Source of the DNA: Tubiluchus corallicola
Lineage: Eukaryota; Animalia; Priapulida
NCBI GenBank assembly: GCA_030141605.1
Contig: JAQGDQ010000077.1
Span: 310,001-374,000, forward strand
Length of the DNA stretch: 64,000 nucleotides
Reading direction: 5' to 3'
Shown here one piece after another: positions 52,042 through 62,921 of this stretch; the first letter of the stretch is position 1, and each line of letters begins with the position of its first letter. Position numbers and translations under genes: made by a program. The notes beneath the pieces were generated by a model. That model had not been told where the DNA came from. It made no database searches and saw only the letters and a list, made by a program, of their open reading frames with translations.

Positions 52042-52285
52042 ACTCTAACCCTACATCCTAGAAATCATATTTTTCCTACTAAAGCAACTAGATATATATT
52101 AATTACGAAAAATAAGTTCTATTGTTTTCGAAAATTTCAAAACCGCCGACTCTCACAAACATGTCAGATGCACAAAGGGCCGACTTGATTCTACCGGGTG
52201 CAAAAAGCCATTCTTTGTTCTATTCAAGTAAGTTTATTTACAAGTTTTTCCAGATTTCGACAGCTGGTAGATCAAACCTGAAGAC

Positions 52286-52661
52286 TAAGGGTGAGCATTC
52301 TCTACCAGAAAGCGACTTCAAATCGAACCGAACTTCAGTATTTCGAATTCAAATCGAATTGAGATTGAAAGATTTTCGAACAAGTTTTCCAATCACTAGT
52401 AAAAATTAGTCTTACAAAGATCATGCATATTACTCGATTCTGTTCTGCAATAAAACCTCTAATAATTTATTTAAAACTGTGCACAGAAATCACCGCTAAA
52501 TTATGTTAATTGCATGATGATTCAATCGTTTCAATGATAAAGAACGTATGTGATTGAAGAGCTGAATTTTTCGAATCTTAGTTTTAGGTTCGAATTTAAT
52601 TTGAATTTAAAAACTCGTTCGAATCGAATTCGAACATTCGAACGTTCGATGCTCACCCATA
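52286..52661. mobile_element. Non-autonomous hAT-type DNA transposon (MITE) with perfect 8-bp TSD
   Basis: Termini TAAGGGTGAGCAT...ATGCTCACCCATA, flanked by CTGAAGAC at 52278-52285 and 52662-52669, with TTCGAA-rich subterminal repeats. Confidence 0.88.
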
Positions 52662-53103
52662 CTGAAGACACACGATGAGTCAATCACAAAAAGTAATTAA
52701 ATTTTAACAAGTTTATTACATGCTTTAAACGCATAATTTAACACTAATTTGAATGTTGTGAAAATTGCACACTTGTTATTAATATTCTTTTGAAATACTA
52801 GGGGTGAACATCGAACTTTCGATCCTAAAATTATAGATTTTATCATTACAATAAGTCTCAGAAAATGATGCACATTTTACACAAAATGTGCACTGTTCCT
52901 CTAACACTTTATACAGCGGTTCTTTGTTTTCCCAGATATAGACTTTGCTTGGTCTTAAAGTAATTGTTTGCTGACTGTTGTGATGTTTCCTTGAATCTGA
53001 TATATAAGGTACTATTTTTATGTTTTCTTTACATGAAATCTCTTTCTAAGTTATTTCTAGTTGTATTCTGACAATTTAATTTCAATCATTGATTGTGCAA
53101 TAA

Positions 53104-53255
53104 TATAATTTATTTTATATCTTGGTTAGTAGTGTCATAATTGTACTAATTATTTGCTTTGGCTTGATTTATAGCATTGAAAATGACAGTTGCTTTCGAA
53201 ATGATCGTCTACGATAATAAACTATTAATTCCTAGAGGCTGGCACTTTCGTGTAT
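53104..53255. repeat. Single-arm copy of the 42-kb foldback element
   Basis: GGCTTGATTTATAGCATTGAAAATGACA...ATCGTCT is shared with 42229-42280; AATTCCTAGAGGCTGG is the reverse complement of 42010-42025. Confidence 0.8.
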
Positions 53256-54299
53256 TTGTATGTAACTTTCTTCTTCACTGATAATGGTGAGAATCGCACA
53301 ATTGATACCTGTTCCTACAAATTACAATTCGCTTGGGGTTTGGACCATGTAGAAATGTGGCTCATTGCATCATGCTATAAGGTTTGGCCAGGTTTCTAAA
53401 TCGTGTAACAGAACTGAGGTGTGCAGTATCCAGCAAAAGGATACCATGAAACCAAAAGTAAAACGTGCCCTATGCACCAGTGAGAGGTGAAGCGAGGTAA
53501 TAACATTCCGCAATTTAACAATTTTAAGATCTGCCAAATTAATATAAATTATTTTTCAGTTAGATCTAAATGGGCCTTGGATATTTATGTAAACAGTAGA
53601 AATTTTGACACTGTTACTGTCCATTGTTTCAGAATTTAAAGCTAAGTCTGTTTTTAACCAATTGTCATGAAAATGTTAAAATTAGAAACCCAGATATTAA
53701 GGTGGTTGTTCTATATTTGTTAAGAATGAATTAATCAGCTGTTGTCTGGAAAACTTTGAGTATGACTTATACGTACTCTGTATGGGTTTTACTAAAACTT
53801 GTTTTTGACCAAGGAACTACAATTAGCAGCTGATAAAAAATGATTGCAAGAAAAGTGCACAAGATGAAGTGTATAGCAAGATAACCTTTTCTGGAAGTCG
53901 TACAAAATTTTTTACCCACAAACCACTTTGATATTTCAGTGCTGATTCTCAAAAGGTCTCTTCACATTAATTCAACCGATTTATGCCAAGTTCTTCTCAG
54001 TGGCGAACATGTACACGACGCTAACTTCGATGTCAGATAGCGCATTTTTGTTGAACGTAGTATAATTAATATTGATGTCTTTAGTAATGAGCCCTAACGA
54101 AACAACTCCATCTTTTGTATGAATGATTTAATTTCAGCAATTAAAGAGACCCCTATATTTGACAAAAGTATTGATTTTGACGTGTTTCGCACCTTAACTA
54201 ATAAATCACCTTGGTTTTTGGGCCAGAGCGGTATTTTCACATTTATGTAAACTTTGTTATATGTTGCATTAAACGTCGACAAATAGATTCGCCACAAGT

Positions 54300-55090
54300 A
54301 TTAATGTAGAAATTGTAGTATCAATATTAACCCTATAAAAGAATTTGGTACGGCCATGCAACTTTCTGTTCCCCTAGGTAAGAGAAAGTTTGAAGTGTTA
54401 GCATTCAGTTTTTACATAAGCAGAGAAATTTTTACGGATTTTTTGTTCGAAATTGGGCACGCTCCTAATAGTATATGTAGCTGCTTAACAAGCTCTCAGT
54501 CTGTACATCATTAATTATTTGAATGTATATTACTAGACAATACCAAAGGAAATGATTTTATTACCACTCTGCCTACATTACATGTCTGTTGGCGATAAAA
54601 TTTTATAATTAACCTTGTAGGCCTAAGTTAAAATCACGAAAAAACAACATAAATGTATTTAGTATGTAACTTGCGAACAAAACGCATTTTGTCTAGATTA
54701 TCAGATTTAGAGTATAAATTTTTATTCTGTTAACATATACAAGAATTTATAAATTAAGGTTTTGGTGTACGCTCTAGCCCCTTTTTGAAGGCATAAGTAA
54801 AAGAGTGTAATTAACTGTAATTATCTTTATTACATAATATATAATATAATATTATATATAATATAAATATATATATGCTCATTGTCTTTTTTTTGTGTAT
54901 GTGTAATAAATTGCAGCATTAGAATTTGTAGTTGTGTTTATTTTATTTATGGTAGATGTCTTTAATTGTGTGTAGCGCGTTAGATTTTGCAACTAAGTTT
55001 ATGATAAAAGCCCGGGCCTCGATGTCTTTTACTTTGTAAATGTTTGTCAGTACTGTATGCCTTGTAACCTGTAAACATAAACTTAAAACT
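54300..55090 (+). mobile_element. 3' fragment of a non-LTR retrotransposon (C-terminal Cys/His knuckle plus 3' UTR)
   Basis: Reads LFEIGHAPNSICSCLTSSQSVHH*LFEC (C-x-C...H....C motif typical of LINE ORF2 ends), followed by an AT-rich UTR and an AAACATAAACTTAAAACT tail. Confidence 0.55.
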
Positions 55091-55930
55091 GTGTTAATAC
55101 TTTTAGCACTTTTAAAACACATACCTTCAAATAGAGGGAACTATATTGTATAAAATTTTTAGAAACTTGAAATTGACTTTGGAAAGTAGCTTGCACATTC
55201 CATACCTGGCTGTACGCTAACACTGAATTTCCAATGAAAGTAGCATTGTGATCAAATTACTATTGCATTTGTGAGGTTCTCATTTGCAAAATGGGTGAAA
55301 AATTCAAAATGTAAATCTCATTACCATAGTCCCTTGAAAACGAAACTGAAAAATAGAAGAAACTGTTGCTCTGAACTGCAAGAATACTGATCTATGTACA
55401 TGCAGTCACCATAATTATATTGGTGGCTAGAAAACCACCCATTAGGCAACTCAGCGGGAGAATTATAACTGCACTGTAATTGAAATGGTTAGGTGCCACA
55501 CAGTGGCTTGTCTTTCCTGTATCTGGCAAAATGCCAAGATTAAATACACGTTTTACAAACAACAGATTTTGGCATGATACCTGAATTTCCGCTTCCTTTC
55601 TACTGATTCAGTGACTGAGAACAGGAAGTTATCGCTATGTTAACAGTTACTAATCTTTACCTGCCTAGTACAGACACGCTGCATTGCTACAGTCTAAATG
55701 CTTTTCTGCAGCATCACAGATATTTTAAGTTTCTGAAAAGAGTAGCCCTACCTACTTCGTGATACAGGGAAGCGATCTTGTGCTTATTTGGAGACTAAAT
55801 CTTTATTGGGCATAGTCACTGTTAATGGTTGAGTCATAGGAATAATAACATTTTGTGTCAGTATTATAGTGCGATAGTTACTGCTGATCTTTGTTCATTT
55901 GGTAGTCACATTTTACTGAGAAATTGAGTT

Positions 55931-55960
55931 ATTGGCGCGGACGTCACGGCGTCATCGATC
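55931..55960. promoter_or_regulatory. CCAAT box (ATTGG) plus two CRE/ATF half-sites in a CpG patch; candidate promoter between divergent genes
   Basis: ATTGGCGCGGACGTCACGGCGTCATCG in AT-rich surroundings, about 640 nt upstream of the GPCR ATG. Confidence 0.4.
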
Positions 55961-56589
55961 TACGCCTGTCCGTAACCAAATTTTGCAAGCTTGTGAAGCG
56001 CCGAAGATGTACAAATAATATACACAAAATACAGGACAATTAAACTTTTGAAGAAAATTTGAAGATTAAATGTTTTAGTTTGTCATATTCATCTTAATTA
56101 ATGTTTCGGTTTAGCTCGTTTTTGATATGCCTGAACAATTTATGTGTAATTACTCACAGATCAAAATTTTATCACGCAACTCAAAACAAGCCGGTGTCAC
56201 GTTTCAAAGGATTTATAGATGCTTTAGATTCGCCGAAGCGCCAATGAATACGTGCTACACGTTGTGAATGTACCTGCCTCAGAATAAAGAACAAACTAAT
56301 TTGCAAAGATGTTATGTTAATTGATCGGGCATCAAGCAAACTCGAAAAGGTGAGACACGATATCTCAGACTCATCTTTGTGCAAGCTTTTATATAATCAA
56401 TGCTGATGCAAACTGTGTAGCCTACACACAGAACGCAGATGAAGACTTGGTGCATGTGTTAAAGAGCGGTCAGACTTATTCAGAAATTGCAATGTAACTA
56501 AATGAAGATCCATTACCGTTTTTAGTGAATGTTTTTCGCAATCTGCCTGTCAAACTTACTTCTAGTTGTTGGTCTGTTTCTGTAAAGAG

Positions 56590-59073
56590 ATGGCCTTAAA
56601 TAAAAGTAACATGAACGATTCAAAGTCTTGTGTACATGCTTACCATGATGACGTAGTGGCGGAGTGCAACTACCACAGCCATTTAGAACCAACTGAAAAG
56701 TATATTGAAGCCACAATTCTGGTGATCTTAATCATAGTTGCTGCTTCTGGGAACCTTCTCTTATGGTGTTCAGTGTTGAGGACTCGGAAACTGAGGAAGC
56801 CAGACAATTATCTAGTATTATGTTTGAGTCTTGCAGACTTTCTGGTGGCGGTAGTTAATCTTCCGTTCACATTGGACGCAGTCTTGCGTGATCATTGGCT
56901 TTACGGGGACACGTTATGTGTTTTGCAGGGATTTACGAACATGCTGACTTTTGTGGCTAGTGTCATGTCACTTGCTGCCATTAGTGTGAATCGTTACATA
57001 ACCATCTGTCACTGGCATCGTTACCGTGGCGTGTACAGTCCTCGAAATACTATATTCATTTGCTTAGGTAAGAATGTGGGGCGTCAATTATAATATCAGC
57101 CATAGGTTTAATATGTAAGTGTTTGATAGCTAGAAAGATTTAATTATTTTGATACTGTTGGTAACAAGAGGCAATGATGACGACATCCACGATAACGACA
57201 ACCATACGCCAACCGTGACCAGTGCCACTGCTACCATAGCCACAACACAACCGCTGCAAAGATGGTGACGACAATGGTCACAATGATAGCAACAACACCA
57301 ATAACCACAGCAAAAACAACAACATAATAATGATGATAACGATGATAATGATGAAGATGAGACGATGATGATGATGATGATGACGATGATGACGATGATA
57401 ATGATGATGATGATAATAATAATAATAACTTAGTGACCATGAAAGCAGTGATGAGAAAGGCATCACGAAAAAATAAAAATCAACAACATCAATAATAACA
57501 GCAGCAGCAGCATCAACATCAGCAGGAGCAGTTCTGGTTGTGGTAGCAAACATGAAGACAACAACAAGAACAAGAACGACGATGACAAAAACAACATTGC
57601 ACAGACACTTTGTGATCATTTTTGTCGTCATTATTATTATCGTCATCGTCTTCCTTCCCCGTCTCAGTATCCTCTTTCACATTATAATCGTCGTTATTGT
57701 ATTATCATTATTGTCGTCGTCGTCGTCATCGTCATCATTATTAATCGTCGTTTTTACAATTATCAACTTTATCTTCATAAACTTCTTGCCTGCAATTTTC
57801 TTATGTTTGAAAACTGTAACTGTAGTACTGTATTGTCTTATGCTTTGTTTTAGGTGTATGGTTGTTTTCTGCCATTCTTGCAATGCCACCACTTCTTGGA
57901 TGGGGTATTTACGATTTCTTACCCAACGCGTCGTTCTGCTTTTCAGATTGGTCAAAGAGCATTTCGTTCACTTTTTTCATGGTGATTATCTGTTTTGGGG
58001 GACCGCTGTCTGTAATGGCCTTTTGTTACACCCGAATAATAAAAGAATGCCGCATGAGTAGTAAGAAAACGATGTCACCTAAGAAAAGCATCAAGAAACC
58101 CAAACCATTAACATCACTTTCATCAATAGTTGTGACTGGTTTGCACAAAAACATTGAGGAGGAACCTGCAAAAGATTGTAACACACCAGAGGTTAGAAGA
58201 TCTGTCAATCCAGTTAAATCATTCTTTACCTTGCCTGTGGTTACAGAGGATTCCGAAGGTGACTATGTAGATGAAAGTGAATACAATGCAAGTGTAGGTC
58301 ATTTGTCTGAATGCTCCCTTTCGTTTTCTTCGTCTATTTTGGACACAGTTGCACAGTCGTCAAATACAGCTGAGGAAAATCCAGCTAAAGATGAAAGCAC
58401 GAAAAGAAGATTTAGTGAGGGCGACATTCTAGAAGAAACCGAGATCTCAAAGAAAAACCAGCTGATGTTGCCACCACAAAGACTTTTCAGTCAAGGATTT
58501 CAAAAAAGCAGAGACAAGCTATACAAGTTGGGGAAAGCGTTGAATATGCACCCTTCTGAAGTAGTAAAGAGACTCCGTCAAAAGAAACGGAGAGAGCGCC
58601 GGAAGCAAAGGGAGATAAGATTAGCGAAGCTTTTTCTTATTGTCGTGTTTGCTTTTGTCATTTCCTGGTTCCCTTACTGCATTGTCATGTTTTGGGCAGT
58701 ATTTGGGAAAAATCCTGTCCCACGGGCAGCCGACATGCTAGCTCTGTTGCTGGGCTATGCCAATAGCTGTTACAACCCGATTATTTATGGAGCCCTGAAT
58801 AGAAACTTTCGTGATGGTTACAAAAAATTACTTTGCTGCCGCAACAACAGAGCGAAAACGATGCAAAAACTTAAAAAACGTCGTCGACCTGAAGGATTCA
58901 CTGGCTCAGATTCGCGTCCTATTTCTTCAATGAACACACAAACTGGAAGACCCGTTTCAAGTTTCATATCTGAAGAATCATTATCAATTAATTTGAAATA
59001 TTTCATTGGGGCAGATGTGTCTTTACCAGACGGTTGTAGTGGGATTGATTCTTCTTCATCTTTTTCACAATAA
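56590..59073 (+). CDS. Class A GPCR, melatonin-receptor-like orphan, 565 aa; join(56590..57067,57854..59073)
   Basis: GNLL (TM1), LSLADFLVAVVNLP (TM2), WLYGDTLC, SVMSLAAISVNRYITICH (NRY), PPLLGWG, ISWFPY (TM6), GYANSCYNPIIYGALNRNFRDGY (TM7/H8). Phase-1 intron TAG|GTAAGA ... TTTTAG|G. Confidence 0.9.
57170..57780. repeat. Mixed trinucleotide repeats (GAT/GAC/AAT/AAC in the 5' part; CAT/GTC/ATT in the 3' part) filling the GPCR intron
   Basis: Directly visible; source of the poly-Ser/His/Asp spurious ORFs. Confidence 0.9.
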
Positions 59074-59186
59074 CTGATCTAGCTGCGTTACAGTTATAAA
59101 TATCTTAAATTTCAATTACAATTGCAAAAGCAATGTCTTTGTTACCTTTCTCTTGTGCTAGCGGTTAACTACCATGGTCAAGCCAG

Positions 59187-59241
59187 TTCTTTCTTTCTCT
59201 CTTTCTCTCTCTGTCGGTCTGCCTGTCTGTCTATCTCTGTA

Positions 59242-59293
<52 letters not shown>

Positions 59294-59302
59294 CTCTCTC
59301 TC

Positions 59303-59393
<91 letters not shown>

Positions 59394-59425
59394 ATCTCTC
59401 TCTCCCTCGCCCCCTCTCTCTCCCT
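59187..59425. repeat. Long (TC)n microsatellite just 3' of the GPCR stop
   Basis: Directly visible. Confidence 0.97.
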
Positions 59426-59739
59426 GAGTGCCGCAATGGCACAATCAATAATCAAAATGATAATAAGTTTTTCATTAGCCAAAATTATTAATGGAATAAT
59501 ATAATTACATAAATTACATTTAGTTGGTTGTAACGATGCGCAAGAGGGCTACTTTGACATTTTTGGCTAGAATAAAGAGAATTTTTATACGAAAAAAATC
59601 TTGACTTCATAGTAATATTGCACCTTGGCAGAGAAAATTTAGTCAGTGGACATTTAGGTAGTGGACAGGGTACATGTGGGAGCAAAAACTTTAATCTGTA
59701 CAATATTTAATGCTACAAAGAATTTTCACTACATGCCTA

Positions 59740-60052
59740 TTTACCTAGCTATCTATCTGCCTACCCACCAATCTACTCCTATCTGTTTACCTGCCTACAC
59801 ACCCATCTATCTACCTACCTACCTATCTACCTACCTACCTACCTACCTACATACCTACCTACCTTCCTACCTACCTACCTACCTACCTACCTACCTACCT
59901 ACCTACCTACCTACCTACCTACCTACCTGCCTGCCTTCATGTCTGCCTGCCTGCCTGCCCGCTTGCCTGCCTACCTACCTACCTACCTACATACATACAT
60001 ACATACATAGCTACCTACCTATCTACCTACCACTTACCACCTACCTTCCTAC
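59740..60052. repeat. (CCTA)n/(CCTG)n tetranucleotide array
   Basis: Directly visible. Confidence 0.95.
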
Positions 60053-60372
60053 TAACATGCTTGCCAACAGATCTATTTAAAACTGTTTAGGCACATTGAT
60101 ATGTTGACACAAGGCAAAGGGGGTACACACAATAAAGTACGAACACACTATTCTATTATATTCTATTTCATTAAATTACGTAATTTTCCGTGCTGTTCTG
60201 CATTGCACTGCTCTGTTCTGTTCTGTTATGATCTATGCTGTGTCATTCCATTTATTCTACTGCATTTTATTGTGTTGTATTACAAGTAGGTAAGTAAGTA
60301 AGCAAGCAAGTAAGTAAGTAAGAAGGTAGGTAAGTGTACAATTATTACTTTTTACAATTGTACAATTGTAAT

Positions 60373-60418
60373 TTAGTTAGTTAGTTAGTTAGTTAGTCAG
60401 TCTGTCAGTCAGTCAGTC

Positions 60419-60471
<53 letters not shown>

Positions 60472-60550
60472 ATTAGTTAGTTAGTTAGTTAGTTAGTTAA
60501 TTAGCTAGATAGTTAGTGAGTCAGGTAGTCAGTCAGCAAGTCAGTTAGTC
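60373..60550. repeat. (TTAG)n/(TCAG)n tetranucleotide array
   Basis: Directly visible. Confidence 0.95.
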
Positions 60551-60724
60551 AATCACTCATTAGCAGTAGGGAACTAGGTAGTTAAGTAACTAGGCAAGTA
60601 TGTAGGTAGGTAGGCAGGCAGGCAAGTAGATGGGTAAGTAGGTGTATAAGTAGGTCGGTAAATAAGCAGCAGATGGGCAATTAGGTGGAAGCGATAGAAT
60701 CTACTGTAATTGCCAAAGTATAAA

Positions 60725-60922
60725 CTGTCCTATTGTTCACAGTCCAAATGTTCACTACTGGAGTGTCCACTGCCGAAATGTCCACTGTTCAAATGTTCGT
60801 TGCAGAAGTGCTGCTGGCCATGTATCTGCTAACCAACTGTCCACTGCCTCAGTGTCCACTGCCAAAGTGTCCACTACACAAATGTCGTACTACTCGATTG
60901 TCCACTGCCGAAGTGTCCGCTG
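60725..60922. repeat. Degenerate 15-nt minisatellite (TGTCCACTGCCGAAG)
   Basis: About a dozen units. Confidence 0.8.
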
Positions 60923-62245
60923 GTTGCTTGTAGCAAGTATACGTAAGGCGTACGCTGGGGCGTTTTTACATTGTCCGAGTGTTTCTGAGAACGGTAAGCG
61001 TATACGTATATATAAAGTTATACTGCTATGGAATAGAAAACTTATGCTAAACTGTATTCATCAAGTGGGTGTATACTAATATCTATTCCACAGGCAATCT
61101 GAAGTAACAGCCAGAAGCCATTATTATTTTTTCATTTTTCCCGTATGAGAAAATTGTAACAAAAGTTGAAAAATTACAACGAATCGTATTCAATTGCGTT
61201 TTCCGTCATATTCGATCATATTTTGACATATTTAGGACCGAAGGCGTCGTATCTGCCTACATCTACATCAGCGGAATACATGGCAACTTCCACGCCGATT
61301 GACCAAGCCAATGAGACTGTAAGCCCCAAAAAGCTAAATAAATGTACCATAAATTATTAAAGAAACTTTAAAAACAAACTTGAAATCAGAAATTGAATCA
61401 GAATGCAACTAAAATCTTATACAAAATTCTGAATCGTGCAGTCAGACACTTGACATCTATAACTCTTCAAAATTTCAACAGAATGTGATAATTTCTTACA
61501 TTCACACCAGTGTTTCTTTGCCTACTAACATTATTGTGGCGCACTGGTGTAGTAGTGTATCAATTTTAGATGCAAATAATATATGCAACCATGACGACGA
61601 CCACCACCAAGATCACCACCAAGACCACAGCAATAACAGCAACAACAACAACAGCAACAATAATAATAACGCAGATGCACTATGAAGTATAAATCGCAAT
61701 ACTCTAACTTGAGTGAGTTGGTATAGCATGACGCAGGCAAACTCGTTCATCTGCAGACGAAGATAAAGATGGACTAGGTAAAATGTTATCTTGGACTTTA
61801 TACCACAAGATTACAACTTTACCAATCAATCTTTTATCTTTAAAGTTCTCGAATATAGCATCTAGACTGGCTGTTTAATAAAAAGGATTGTACTGGGGCC
61901 AGTTTAAAATAAAATTTTGTGCTCCAACTTCCAATGTTATCCCTTCCCCAAGTCATTCAAAAAATACTGTTGTGCTCAATAATGGATTTCAACTATGATA
62001 TACATGTACGTATAATTTTATTTACAGTGGTGTTCTGCACAGTGTAGAGTATTTGAAATATCATTCTACTGTTATAATGAAGTCATCATTCACATTGACA
62101 CTAGTCCGAAAGTACTTGAGCATGCATATCCCTTTAGACGTGTCTGCCTGCAAAGTCTGTAACACATTATAAAATAATAATAGTATGCTAAGCATACTAT
62201 TAGCTACCATGTTATCCATATAGGATCTACTGCTTGCCCTACTTC

Positions 62246-62546
62246 TAGTGGTGAGCATTCTCTATCAGAAAAAAGCCTATTCGAATCAAATCGAATTCGA
62301 ATTGGGTTTGAAAGATTTTCGAACAAGTTTTCAAACCTCCAGCAGAAGCGGTCTTACAGAGATCACGCATATATTACTAGATTTTGTTCTGCAATAAAAC
62401 CACCAATAATTTGCTTAAAAATTGTGAGCAGAAATCACTGCTAAATCATGCTGGATGTTTCAAACGTGTAAGGAACTTATGTAATTGAAGTGCTGAATTA
62501 TTCGAACTAAAAAAATTAGATTCGCACGTTCGATGCTCACACCACT
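62246..62546. mobile_element. Second, more diverged copy of the hAT-type MITE at 52286-52661
   Basis: TAGTGGTGAGCATTCTCTA...GAAAGATTTTCGAACAAGTTTTC...GTTCTGCAATAAAACC...CGTTCGATGCTCAC is shared; partial TSD CCTAC. Confidence 0.85.
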
Positions 62547-62735
62547 CCTACCTATTACTGACGCTGGCCGGTGGGTTCATTGCCATAGACAGTATTTTGC
62601 CAATGCGCGCCGTGCGCTGAGTCGCTAACGTTGACCTGTCTCTAGCATTCCGCCACTCTCACTCATTTTTCAGGATTTCGAAGTGTGAAACACATGGTGG
62701 AACAGCCGCAAACTTCGCAAAGATTATAAAACGGC

Positions 62736-62783
62736 ATGGCGGCGCAGGAGGCGCTTTCTGAATTTTGTGGTTCTACATTTTGG
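62736..62783 (+). CDS. ABCC1: First coding exon of an ABCC1/MRP1-type ABC transporter (gene continues beyond the window)
   Basis: GGCATGGCG start in a CpG-rich patch reads MAAQEALSEFCGSTFW, then a phase-0 donor GTAGGT. FCGSxFW followed by an intron is the recalled N-terminal signature of long MRPs. Only 16 aa are visible, so assignment is tentative. Confidence 0.62.
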
Positions 62784-62921
62784 GTAGGTGGTTTTCACAG
62801 TTAAGAATCTAGAGATGAGAAATTTGGAATTTATGTAATTACCCACTAAGTGATAGTGCCGAGTACGTTAAGTGGTTACCACGTAGTAGTTGGCCTTACT
62901 ATTCAGTATTGTACCAGAATT

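Noticed and set aside
57862-59073. Opsin assignment for the second GPCR
   Set aside because: There is no Lys at the retinal-attachment position in TM7 (GYANSCYNP has Tyr there).
59122-60080. ORFs with RE/SL/YLPT repeats (also 13389-13754, 15838-16115, 35580-35765, 36902-37210, 57231-58061)
   Set aside because: These are translations of microsatellites.
60373-60500. Interstitial telomere repeat
   Set aside because: The unit is TTAG (4 nt), not TTAGG or TTAGGG.
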